NCBI GenBank assembly: GCA_040387855.1
Contig: JAZKCY010000001.1
Location: forward strand, 445,857 to 509,856
DNA: 64,000 nt
Source of the DNA: Patescibacteria group bacterium
Lineage (GTDB): Bacteria > Patescibacteriota > Minisyncoccia > Phycocordibacterales > JAKAEA01
Direction: 5' to 3'
Numbering within the stretch: position 1 is the first letter of the stretch; each line of letters starts with the position of its first letter. Shown here in pieces: positions 28,654 to 37,885 of this stretch. A model generated the notes under the pieces. It did no database searches, had not been told where the DNA came from, and was given only the letters and a program-made list of their open reading frames with translations. A program made the translations under genes and the position numbers.

Positions 28654-29313
28654 ATGTTTAAACGATTTTTAATACTTTCAGGAATCCTCTCACTGCCAGC
28701 AATTGCGTTACTTATATATTCAAATGTTCAGGTGTCACAGGTTCAAGCTGATGATTCTGTGTACTCTACAAATAACTACAACAATGTTGGCATCTATTAT
28801 GTGTTTGTAGCACCTGACTCATATTATAAGAATCAAGGAGAACATGTTTCATTTAATGGACACAATTTTTATCCTGGTGAAACAGTTCATGTAACTATGA
28901 ATGGTACATCTCTAGGAACTGTACAAGCAAATAGCAGTGGACATATAGCTACAGGTTCATACATGCTTCCATACTCAGCAGGAACAAAGACATTTATGTT
29001 TAAGGGTGATATGAGTAATATTGCTTACAATGTAGATGTTGCCGTATCGGGAGGTCATGCATGGATTGTCTTGAGTAATTATTACACAGGAGTGGGATCA
29101 TTAATACATGTCCAAGGTAATGCATTTGGAAGTAATGAAACTGTAACAGTATGGTTTGATGGAATGAATATGGGTACAGCGCAAGCAAATGCTCAAGGTC
29201 AATTTAGTCATACAATTACCGTACCAAATACTGGAGCAGGACAAAAGACTATTATGGTAAAAGGATCTCAGACAGGAATTACTGCATCACAGGGCTTCAG
29301 TCAGGCATTCTAA
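28654..29313 (+). CDS. Secreted protein with two internal repeats (Ig-like/Big-like)
   Basis: Signal peptide. Repeats around FYPGETVHVTMNGTSLGTVQANSSGH and ETVTVWFDGMNMGTAQANAQGQFSH. No LPxTG. Confidence 0.4.
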   Translation: MFKRFLILSGILSLPAIALLIYSNVQVSQVQADDSVYSTNNYNNVGIYYVFVAPDSYYKNQGEHVSFNGHNFYPGETVHVTMNGTSLGTVQANSSGHIATGSYMLPYSAGTKTFMFKGDMSNIAYNVDVAVSGGHAWIVLSNYYTGVGSLIHVQGNAFGSNETVTVWFDGMNMGTAQANAQGQFSHTITVPNTGAGQKTIMVKGSQTGITASQGFSQAF

Positions 29314-29360
29314 ATCTAAGAAAATTACACAAACAAGACAGCACTAGATTAGATATCTAG

Positions 29361-30110
29361 ATGCTGTTTTTGTATACTGAGCATATTATGAACAATGCTG
29401 AGCTTGTTATAAAAGAATTAAAGAAAGTCTCAAATAAAACTAAAGCTGGTTTTTTGCAGAAATACTTTAAAACGGGTGTTGGTGAGTATGGAGAAGGGGA
29501 TATTTTTATAGGTGTGACTGTGCCAGTGATGCGTTCTGTTGCACGAGTCCATAAAGATATAGAGCTTCCTGAGGTTTTAAAACTACTTTCAAGTGAGATT
29601 CATGAACATAGATTTGTAGCCTTAGAGATTCTTGTTTTTAAATACGAACAAGCTACAAAGCTAAAAAACAGTGCTCAGCAAAAGAAAATTTTTAATTTTT
29701 ATATAAAGAATAAGAAATATATAAACAACTGGGATCTTGTGGATACTTCAGTAGAATATATAGTGGGCGTATATCTTGAACATCTTGATAAAGATATTTT
29801 GTATACGTTAGCAAAATCTAAAAGAATATGGGACAGGAGAATAGCTGTCATTGCTACTTTTGCTTATATCAAAAAAGGAGAGTTTAAAGAAAGTTTGAAA
29901 ATTATAGAAATGCTTATGCAGGATACACATGATCTTATCCATAAAGCATGTGGATGGATGCTTCGAGAAATAGGTAAAAGGTTTAAAGAAACTGAAGTTG
30001 CTTTTTTAGCACAGCATTACAAAACTATGCCGAGAACAATGCTTCGGTATTCGATCGAGCATTTTTCACGCGACGAGCGAGACTTTTATTTACATAAAAT
30101 AAAAATGTAA
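29361..30110 (+). CDS. DNA alkylation repair protein (AlkC/AlkD-like HEAT-repeat glycosylase family)
   Basis: FLQKYFKTGVGEYGEGDIFIGVTVPVMRSVAR and WDLVDTS match the DNA_alkylation family. Likely true start at the Met near 29388. Confidence 0.65.
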   Translation: MLFLYTEHIMNNAELVIKELKKVSNKTKAGFLQKYFKTGVGEYGEGDIFIGVTVPVMRSVARVHKDIELPEVLKLLSSEIHEHRFVALEILVFKYEQATKLKNSAQQKKIFNFYIKNKKYINNWDLVDTSVEYIVGVYLEHLDKDILYTLAKSKRIWDRRIAVIATFAYIKKGEFKESLKIIEMLMQDTHDLIHKACGWMLREIGKRFKETEVAFLAQHYKTMPRTMLRYSIEHFSRDERDFYLHKIKM

Positions 30111-30194
30111 TGCAATATAAGCATCACTACATGCTTATGTACTTATAAAATATGTTTGCTATAATTGAGCAATTAACGATTAAGAGATTATCAC

Positions 30195-30620
30195 ATGAGT
30201 TCAAAAGCACTATATACAACAATAGCGTTAGTTATCATTGCCGGGATTGGTATTTTCTTATTTGCATCATCACAAAAGGTAGATGCACCAGTTGAAGTTT
30301 CAAATACAGAACAGACACAAGGAACTCAAGCAACCACTACAAATTCTACTGAGGCTACAAGCACTGCAGCAAAGTCATTCACCCTAGCAGAAGTTTCAGC
30401 CCACAACACAAAAGCAGATTGCTGGTTGGTCATTAATGCAAAGGTATACGACGTAACAAAAATGATTGCTAATCACGGAGGAGGAGATGCAATCCTCGAG
30501 GGTTGTGGTAAAGATGCAACAACATTGTTTATGACCCGACCTATGGGATCAGGGACACCTCACTCAGCAAAGGCTCAGTCATTCCTTCCAAACTTCCTTA
30601 TTGGAGATCTTAAAATCTAA
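30195..30620 (+). CDS. Membrane-anchored cytochrome b5-like heme-binding domain protein
   Basis: N-terminal TM, then FTLAEVSAHNTKADCWLVINAKVYDVTKMIANHGGGDAILEGCGKDATTLF, the cyt-b5 HPGG-type heme pocket. Confidence 0.7.
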   Translation: MSSKALYTTIALVIIAGIGIFLFASSQKVDAPVEVSNTEQTQGTQATTTNSTEATSTAAKSFTLAEVSAHNTKADCWLVINAKVYDVTKMIANHGGGDAILEGCGKDATTLFMTRPMGSGTPHSAKAQSFLPNFLIGDLKI

Positions 30621-30622
30621 GC

Positions 30623-31951
30623 ATGGGAGGATTTAGCGCTCATAAAGGTAGAATACTTTTTTATATACTTCTCGCAATTATTCCATTACTCTTATGGATG
30701 ATCGGGGAAGGTACACAACTTGTATTTACCAATTATTATTTGACGCTAACTACAATTGCAAAGATAGCAGGTATTGCCGGCATTAGTTTTTTTGCCGGTA
30801 ATCTTGTTTTATCTGGAAGATACAAATTCTTGGATCGATTATTTGGGGGACTTGATCGTGTCTTTCTCTTTCATCGACAAACAGGAATTGTTACGTTTGT
30901 GCTTCTTACAATTCACTTGGTTGCGATAACTTTACGAAACTGGAGGACTTCTTTCTTTTCAGATATCATAGGCTTTACGCTCAACTTCTCAAATTCAACT
31001 ATAAATTACGGCCGTATCTCATATTATGGCTTACTCATTCTTATAGTTATTACGCTCTATATTCGACTCAAGTATGAACGCTTAAAATTTCTGCATTCAT
31101 TTATGGGAGTGTTTATATTTTTTGGTGCACTCCATGCGTTCTTTATCCCTTCAGATATTGCGCGAAACAATTATCTGAGAGTATATGTACTTGGTTTTGT
31201 TGCTTTAGCACTTGTAAGCTACCTATGCAGAACTGTGTTTAAAAGATGGTTGGTTCGAAGAACTATTGCTGATGTTGTAGCTGTAAATAATCTTGGTAAT
31301 TCTATTACTGAAGTTGTAATGAAACCACGTGCTGGTAAAATTGCATTCATACCTGGGCAGTTTATGTTTTTGAAGTTTAAGCAAGCTGGATTTCCTTATG
31401 AAGATCATCCATTCTCAATTACTGCATCAAGTACAGAAGAGACAATTCGAATTTCTGCAAAAGCTTTAGGCGATTTCACATCTATTCTCCCAACCCTATC
31501 TATTGGAGCAACGGCTCATATTCAAGGTCCCTATGGAGGCTTTACGCTCAATAGATCTTCAAAAAAAGAACAGATCTGGATTGCAGGAGGAATTGGAATT
31601 ACTCCATTTACGAGCATGGCTCGATCATTGCGAGACACTATAGAATCAAAACCTGAACTTAAAGAATATTCTATAGATTTGTTTTATTCTGTTAAGACAG
31701 ACGCTGAGCTTGTATACGCAAAAGAGTTTGAAGAGATTGCTGCAAGATATCCAAACTTTAGATTTCATCCATGGGTTGCAGAACGAGATGGTTTTATTTC
31801 TGCTGATGCTATTTCAAAAAAAATTGATATAAAAAATAAGGGAGTATATATCTGTGGACCAAAGCCATTGCTCAATGCGCTCACTACGCAGTTTGTTGCT
31901 GCTGGTACACCTAAGAATGATATTCATTTTGAGCTCTTCCGATTGCTTTAG
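30623..31951 (+). CDS. Ferric reductase/NADPH oxidase-like flavocytochrome (ferric-reductase TM domain plus FAD- and NAD-binding domains)
   Basis: Six TM segments with His pairs, the FAD motif HPFSITASS, the NAD(P) motif GGIGITPF, and C-terminal CGP. Confidence 0.7.
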   Translation: MGGFSAHKGRILFYILLAIIPLLLWMIGEGTQLVFTNYYLTLTTIAKIAGIAGISFFAGNLVLSGRYKFLDRLFGGLDRVFLFHRQTGIVTFVLLTIHLVAITLRNWRTSFFSDIIGFTLNFSNSTINYGRISYYGLLILIVITLYIRLKYERLKFLHSFMGVFIFFGALHAFFIPSDIARNNYLRVYVLGFVALALVSYLCRTVFKRWLVRRTIADVVAVNNLGNSITEVVMKPRAGKIAFIPGQFMFLKFKQAGFPYEDHPFSITASSTEETIRISAKALGDFTSILPTLSIGATAHIQGPYGGFTLNRSSKKEQIWIAGGIGITPFTSMARSLRDTIESKPELKEYSIDLFYSVKTDAELVYAKEFEEIAARYPNFRFHPWVAERDGFISADAISKKIDIKNKGVYICGPKPLLNALTTQFVAAGTPKNDIHFELFRLL

Positions 31952-31977
31952 TCTGATATTCTAATTACTATACTAGT

Positions 31978-32511
31978 ATGAATAAAAAAGTAATCTATGG
32001 ACTTGTAGCATTGCTTCTCCTGCTTATACTAGGAACTTTTGTGTATGTATATATGCAAACTCGAAAGCCAAGTGTTGTCAGAGAAATTCAAGAACCTATA
32101 TTTCAGGAATATACTGATGCGCAGCTTGAAGACATAATTAGTAAAGAAAGTTTTGCACAAGCAAATTTCGGAGGAAAAGCTTTTGTTTCTTTTAAACGAA
32201 TTGGAGAAGAACTCCAGAATCTAGATCATATTATTTATATGTGGGTGCTTGCAGAAGAATATTATAAAGAAAATGGGATTTTAAAAGAGGGAAGTGGTAC
32301 AAGTTTGCCTATCGTTTTGCATATAAGTGGAAGTGGAACAACCAAGATTGTTGTGCCACGTGATGGATCTGCATATACAAATGATATAAAAAGATTATTT
32401 CCAGAGAATAAAGTAGATCATGATTCTATATTTAATACCAAGGTTAATTCTACTATTGTAAAAGATTTGAAAGCTAGAAATACACAGAAAGCACAAGAGT
32501 ATTTTAAATAG
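31978..32511 (+). CDS. Hypothetical membrane-anchored protein
   Basis: N-terminal TM; no family recognised. Confidence 0.3.
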   Translation: MNKKVIYGLVALLLLLILGTFVYVYMQTRKPSVVREIQEPIFQEYTDAQLEDIISKESFAQANFGGKAFVSFKRIGEELQNLDHIIYMWVLAEEYYKENGILKEGSGTSLPIVLHISGSGTTKIVVPRDGSAYTNDIKRLFPENKVDHDSIFNTKVNSTIVKDLKARNTQKAQEYFK

Positions 32512-32532
32512 CTGTGATACTATTTAAGAATC

Positions 32533-33573
32533 ATGCGAAAAACTGTTAAGAAATATATAGGCGCTCATGAGGGTAACGACTATACTCCACATATTCTCCG
32601 TGGGACTTCTATTCTTGTAGCATTATTTTTATTGTTAGGAATGTTTGCTATCTATATATTTTCTCCACAATTAATTTTCATAAACAAATCGAGTTCTGCG
32701 GTATATACATCATTTCTTGTTGATCTAACAAATAAAGAGCGAATAGAAATTGGGGAAGAACCTTTAGAAATTAGTACTCGACTTACCAAAGCTGCAGAAC
32801 TTAAGGCTCAAGATATGGTTGCCAAAGGGTATTTTGCTCATAATAGTCCACAAGGAGTAACTCCATGGTATTGGTTTGGAAAAGCTGATTACGCATTTAA
32901 ATATGCGGGAGAAAATTTGGCTATTGATTTTAATGACTCAGATAAAGTGGTGGAAGCATGGATGAATTCACCAAAGCATCGAGCAAATATTTTAAATGAG
33001 AAATTTACTCAAATGGGAATTGCATTTGTGAAGGGAAGCTGGGAAGGGAGGAATACTATTTATGTAGTACAGATGTTTGGTACTCCTGATCTTACTGTTC
33101 CAGCATTAGCAACTGCTATAAATAATCAACCTCAGGCATATGCAGTTTCAGCTTCTCCAAATACTCCCGCAGTACTATTGCAATCAGGTTCAAATGTTCA
33201 AGGAGCTTCAAGTGATGATGCTATAAAGATTATTGCTGAAACACCAACCTACATTGCTGTGCAATCAGCATACGCGGATCAACCTCAAGCAATCAAACCA
33301 GCAACAACAGCACTTCAAACACCACCGCAAGATGAATCAATATCTGTGTCGGGATTTATTGCAAAATACATTCTTCAGCCTTCGTATGTACTTCAGACTG
33401 TTTATGTACTCGTTGCAGCACTTATTCTAAGTGCTCTATGTTGTGCTCTTTATTATGAACGTAAAAACAAAGAAGCCACCCATATTATTTATGGTTTTCT
33501 CGTACTAGCAACTGTTATTATTCTCTTTGCGTTTGCTCAAACATACTTCAGTCCGTTTGTACTTATAAAATAA
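32533..33573 (+). CDS. CAP/SCP (PR-1-like, YkwD-like) domain protein with N- and C-terminal TM segments
   Basis: GYFAHNSPQG...GENLA...EAWMNSPKHRANIL matches the CAP domain blocks. Confidence 0.7.
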   Translation: MRKTVKKYIGAHEGNDYTPHILRGTSILVALFLLLGMFAIYIFSPQLIFINKSSSAVYTSFLVDLTNKERIEIGEEPLEISTRLTKAAELKAQDMVAKGYFAHNSPQGVTPWYWFGKADYAFKYAGENLAIDFNDSDKVVEAWMNSPKHRANILNEKFTQMGIAFVKGSWEGRNTIYVVQMFGTPDLTVPALATAINNQPQAYAVSASPNTPAVLLQSGSNVQGASSDDAIKIIAETPTYIAVQSAYADQPQAIKPATTALQTPPQDESISVSGFIAKYILQPSYVLQTVYVLVAALILSALCCALYYERKNKEATHIIYGFLVLATVIILFAFAQTYFSPFVLIK

Positions 33574-33591
33574 AATAGTGCATAATTATAG

Positions 33592-36183
33592 TTGAGCATT
33601 ACAAGTCTCATATATTTTATGTATTTTATATTATTTGTTGTTGTATTTATTCTTTATTTTAACCTACGAAATAAGGTAACCCGTTTGGAAAATGAGCTTA
33701 GGTTGGGTGGGTTTATACGAAATGAAAGCCCCCAAGAACAACAGAAAGTAGCGGCTACTCCAGTAAGTACACCTCCAGAAAATACAACAATGCCTGAGCG
33801 CATAATTGAGCCTCAGGTAAGTGCTCCAATTGCAGCTACTACTCCTATAGTTGAAAATCCTGTACTTGAGCCTGCTCCACAAGAAGTAAAGCATGATGAT
33901 GGCCTTGAGTTTAAATTTGGAAGTAAAGTTTTTACTGGTGTAGGAGCACTAGCAATAATTATAGGTCTCGCATTCTTTTTAAGTTATGCATTTCAAGCGG
34001 GAATTATTACTGAAACCATGCGAGTGGTACTCGGTGTAATTGTAGGTATTGTGCTTGTGGGAGTAGGGTACTTCACTCGTGTTAAATATCCATCATACGG
34101 CCAAGTACTTATAGGTACTGGTCTCGGCGTAGAATATCTTTCTATTTATAGTTCATACAATCTTTATAACCTCATTGATCTTCCAGTTGCATTGATTGGA
34201 ATGATTATTGTTACTGCCGTAGGTGTTGCTTCTGCTGTTGCATTAGATTCAAAACCTCTTGCAACCTTTGCTGGAATTGGAGGATTTCTTACGCCGTACC
34301 TTCTTTCATACTCTGGTGGAAATCCACATCTATTGTTTACGTATATCTTAGTATTAGATGCAGGGCTCATTGCACTTTCTTTCTACAAGCTTTGGCGCAA
34401 TCTTGCTATTGGTACTGTTATCGCAACATATCTTGTATTCATTACCTGGCTATCACAATCATATCAACCATCACTCTGGGGAGTTGCAGAAATATATCTC
34501 ACATTATTCTTTGCAGGATTCCTAGCGGTTTCACTTCTTCACTATGCTCGACAAAAATCTAGAGAGGATGAAGGTGATCTAAGCCTTTTATCGCTAAATG
34601 CAGGAGTGTACTTCCTTTTGAGTTTTGGTCTTATTGATCAAAATGCTCCCGATTGGATGGGGCTCTTTACGGTAGTTCTTGGACTGGTCTATTTTGTTTT
34701 ATGGCTTTTTGTTCGAGGACAGAGTGATCGTGATATTCGTTTCAGAAGCTTCTTGGCAGGTATAAGCTTTATACTGTTTATAATCGCGGTACCTATTCAG
34801 TTTGAAAAATTCATGATTACTATTGCTTGGGCTGCACAAGCATTGGTACTTGCATATTTGGCAGTAAAGCTAACATCTAAACATCTAAGATACTTATCTC
34901 AAACATTATTTACAATAGTATTTATAAAACTTGTGTTTAGTGACTCAATGCTTAGTGTTGCTACACCATTTATAAATACACGGTTTATAACATTCGCTAT
35001 TTGTTTGGTATGTTTTGCTGCTGCATTTCTCGTACACTATCTTGCTAAAGATAAAACAAATGACGATGTATCAATAACAAATATTATGATGTTTGAAGTA
35101 GCTGTGATATTTGTAGCAGGAATTAGTCTCGATTTGTTTAAATTCTTTGAACCATCAGCTATGACTGTATTCTGGTTGCTATCTGTGGGTATTCTAGCTT
35201 TAGCTGCATTTACGACACGTAATATCGTGGGAAGAATGACAATGTTTGCATTGCTCGGAATTTCTCTAGTCCGGATTTTGACAGCACATGCTCGTCTAGA
35301 AGAGACATCAGTAGCATTCATAAATATTCGGTCAGGATTATTACTTTTAGCTGTAGTTATTTCTGCGGGAATTTATTATCTCTATACAACAGGGCTGCCT
35401 CAAGAAGACAGAGCAGGGGAACGTGTAAATGCACTTACCCTCATTACTGTTGAAATGTTTATAGTACTTCAGCTTCTCTTCACTTTCGAAATTTCAGATT
35501 TCTTCAAGGCATTTTGGCTTCCAATTGTATGGTCACTCTTAGCATGTGCGGCGTTCTTTATTGGTCTCAAACTTAAAAACTTTGCTCTTCGTTTGTGTGT
35601 ATACATAACATTAAGCATCGCAACTATTCGAGTAATCTTCTTTGATTCAAATATCAGTACATCAAATTATATTCCTGTTATGAATGGGCGAGTGCTCGCA
35701 TTTGTTGTCGTTGCTGTCGTTATGTTTGTCATTGCATACGTGCTCAATAGACAATCAGAATCAGACATTACTCCCGAAGAAAAAACTCAAATCATCCCTG
35801 CATTTGCAATCGCAGGAAATGTATTACTCGTATGGGTATTAAGCAAAGAAGTGCTTGATTATTTCAATCAACAAATCATTGGTCTTACAGACAGAAAAGA
35901 AATCTCTACATTGGAAAGCACAAAGCGTGTGGCCCTTTCTATTAGTTGGTTGTTCTATGCGTTTATCCTCATGGGAATTAGTATTGCAAAGCGTATGAAG
36001 TTTGGACGTGTTTTGGCGATTGTGCTCATTGTCATGACAGTGTTTAAAATCTTCCTCTATGACACAGCAGAGCTCGACAACTTTTACCGATTCGTTTCTT
36101 ACTTTAGTTTAGGTGTACTGCTTCTCGTTACAGGATTCCTCTACAACAAGTTCAAAAACATCATTATTCAGTTCATGAAGTAG
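33592..36183 (+). CDS. Large polytopic membrane protein (DUF2339-like), 863 aa
   Basis: N-terminal TM plus coiled-coil (LENELRL), a Pro/Thr linker, then at least 20 hydrophobic segments. Confidence 0.4.
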   Translation: MSITSLIYFMYFILFVVVFILYFNLRNKVTRLENELRLGGFIRNESPQEQQKVAATPVSTPPENTTMPERIIEPQVSAPIAATTPIVENPVLEPAPQEVKHDDGLEFKFGSKVFTGVGALAIIIGLAFFLSYAFQAGIITETMRVVLGVIVGIVLVGVGYFTRVKYPSYGQVLIGTGLGVEYLSIYSSYNLYNLIDLPVALIGMIIVTAVGVASAVALDSKPLATFAGIGGFLTPYLLSYSGGNPHLLFTYILVLDAGLIALSFYKLWRNLAIGTVIATYLVFITWLSQSYQPSLWGVAEIYLTLFFAGFLAVSLLHYARQKSREDEGDLSLLSLNAGVYFLLSFGLIDQNAPDWMGLFTVVLGLVYFVLWLFVRGQSDRDIRFRSFLAGISFILFIIAVPIQFEKFMITIAWAAQALVLAYLAVKLTSKHLRYLSQTLFTIVFIKLVFSDSMLSVATPFINTRFITFAICLVCFAAAFLVHYLAKDKTNDDVSITNIMMFEVAVIFVAGISLDLFKFFEPSAMTVFWLLSVGILALAAFTTRNIVGRMTMFALLGISLVRILTAHARLEETSVAFINIRSGLLLLAVVISAGIYYLYTTGLPQEDRAGERVNALTLITVEMFIVLQLLFTFEISDFFKAFWLPIVWSLLACAAFFIGLKLKNFALRLCVYITLSIATIRVIFFDSNISTSNYIPVMNGRVLAFVVVAVVMFVIAYVLNRQSESDITPEEKTQIIPAFAIAGNVLLVWVLSKEVLDYFNQQIIGLTDRKEISTLESTKRVALSISWLFYAFILMGISIAKRMKFGRVLAIVLIVMTVFKIFLYDTAELDNFYRFVSYFSLGVLLLVTGFLYNKFKNIIIQFMK

Positions 36184-36230
36184 TATATAGCTGAGCCCGT
36201 TGACAAATCCCTAAATAGTGTTAATGTCTG

Positions 36231-37211
36231 GTGGTCAAACCAACAGATATGGACACTCTCGAATACATAGCAACAAAGATAGATACCATTGAATTTCCTA
36301 AACGAAAGGCCCTTTCTTCACGCTATCCACAGCTTAAAGGCCCAATTTTAGCTCTAAAACGGGCATACTACTCCCTAGGCTATTCTTTAGGTACAGCGAG
36401 TGCAAACAAGCATTCTGATCGATTTTTCCCCGCAATTATAGCTCGAGGTTCTTCGGTGTTAATGCGAAAGCTTGGAGACTCTGATCTTGAACTACAGAAA
36501 CAAAAAATTACCAATTTAAAGTTGGCCGCAGAAAAGCTTAATGGCTTGATTATTGAGCCCGGAGCTACTTTTTCATTTTGGAATACTCTAGGCAATCCAT
36601 CACTCAAAAATGGATATGTAGAGGGAATGCTTTTGTCGGAAGGTAAAGTAGTGCGTGGAGTAGGAGGTGGTCTTTGCCAAATGTCTAATTTGCTTTTCTG
36701 GATGTTTTTACATGCACCTGTGGAAATAGTAGAACGCTTCCATCATTCTCGAGATTCATTTCCTGATAGTGGAAGAACACTACCTTTTGGAAGTGGAGCA
36801 ACCGTTTTTTACAATCTCATAGATCTAAAAATTAAAAATACTTCTGATCAACCAATTCAGTTAAAGATTTGGCTTACAGATACACAGCTCAAAGGACAGA
36901 TTCTCGCACCAATGCCTGAAAAGCAAAAATTTCATATTCATGAAAAAGATCATAGCTTCATAAAGAAAGGGGAGAAGTACTATCGATATAATGAGTTATG
37001 GAGAGACGTTCTTGTAAAAGGTACCCTTATAGAATCAAAAAAAATCTACACAAACTTTGCTCCAATAATGTATGAAGTAGATGAGAAATATATAACAGAA
37101 AGAAATATTCAACTTATAGATTTGGATCTCGAAAATAAAAAAGAAAATAAAAATAATTTAGAAGAAAATAAATCTATAGGATATCCACACCTCATAACTG
37201 TAGGGACTTGA
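36231..37211 (+). CDS. VanW family protein
   Basis: GGGLCQMSNLLFWMFLHAPVEIVERFHHS matches the VanW core (GGGVCQ.S..L). Confidence 0.65.
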   Translation: MVKPTDMDTLEYIATKIDTIEFPKRKALSSRYPQLKGPILALKRAYYSLGYSLGTASANKHSDRFFPAIIARGSSVLMRKLGDSDLELQKQKITNLKLAAEKLNGLIIEPGATFSFWNTLGNPSLKNGYVEGMLLSEGKVVRGVGGGLCQMSNLLFWMFLHAPVEIVERFHHSRDSFPDSGRTLPFGSGATVFYNLIDLKIKNTSDQPIQLKIWLTDTQLKGQILAPMPEKQKFHIHEKDHSFIKKGEKYYRYNELWRDVLVKGTLIESKKIYTNFAPIMYEVDEKYITERNIQLIDLDLENKKENKNNLEENKSIGYPHLITVGT

Positions 37212-37264
37212 TACCCCACTAGAGGGTAGGGGGGAGAGAGGAGAGGGTGACACCCCTTCTCTTT
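37205..37264 (+). repeat. Direct repeat copy 1 (attL-like), overlaps the last two codons and stop of the VanW-like gene
   Basis: GACTTGATACCCCACTAGAGGGTAGGGGGGAGAGAGGAGAGGGTGACACCCCTTCTCTTT; about 88% identical to the copy at 38812..38870. Confidence 0.8.
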
Positions 37265-37294
37265 TTACATTCGGAAGCATCTATTGCATCCCTA

Positions 37295-37310
37295 AAATCT
37301 GCTGATGTAT
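37295..37310. repeat. Left 16-bp inverted repeat AAATCTGCTGATGTAT
   Basis: Perfect reverse complement of 37733..37748; the pair flanks the ORF 37442..37720. Confidence 0.8.
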
Positions 37311-37441
37311 ATTATTTAATAATATCTATGACCGCTTAATAGTTTTCTCGCGACAGTTGATCTACTCATGACTAAGAGTTCAATCCACGATCTTTGTCTC
37401 TCGATAAGCCACTAGTGAGCTTTTTAAGTCAATTTTATTTA

Positions 37442-37720
37442 CTAACTACTGAATCCAAAACTTTTTAATGAAGTATGATCGTCAGGAGGGTTGGAACCCT
37501 TCATAATAATTTCCCCATAACTAGTTTCATACGACTTAACTTGTTTTATGATTAAATTTCTAAGTCTTTTAGCATGAATAGGAGAGAGCAAAAATTGCTC
37601 GGCAGAGTTTCCGGTAATTGTTTGTAAATAAAAATTCATTTCATCAAACAAAACAGCTGCACCACTAAGCCCCTTAGTAATTGGACTAAGAGGAATACTA
37701 GTAACTTTATTTTTTTCCAT
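37442..37720 (-). CDS. Hypothetical 92-aa protein inside the IR-bounded segment
   Basis: ORF start lies 12 bp from the right IR; no family recognised. Confidence 0.35.
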   Translation of the reverse strand: MEKNKVTSIPLSPITKGLSGAAVLFDEMNFYLQTITGNSAEQFLLSPIHAKRLRNLIIKQVKSYETSYGEIIMKGSNPPDDHTSLKSFGFSS

Positions 37721-37732
37721 ATATTTTCACTA

Positions 37733-37748
37733 ATACATCAGCAGATTT
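37733..37748. repeat. Right 16-bp inverted repeat ATACATCAGCAGATTT
   Basis: Perfect reverse complement of 37295..37310. Confidence 0.8.
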
Positions 37749-37885
37749 CAAGGAAGCAAGTTCTGCTGTAATTATAAATCCGAATTTTAATATTAATATC
37801 TTGTGCTTCTTGGATATGTGTGTCGGGGTTTATAACAGAGAATTGGGCTTCTCCACATAAGGTATAATGCATAAAACTAAAAACA

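Noticed and set aside
37370-37400. tRNA-like T-loop sequence GAGTTCAATCC
   Set aside because: No complementary T-stem, acceptor stem or D-arm can be drawn around it, so it is not a tRNA. I did not recognise any tRNA or rRNA genes by eye anywhere in the window, but a formal scan was not possible.
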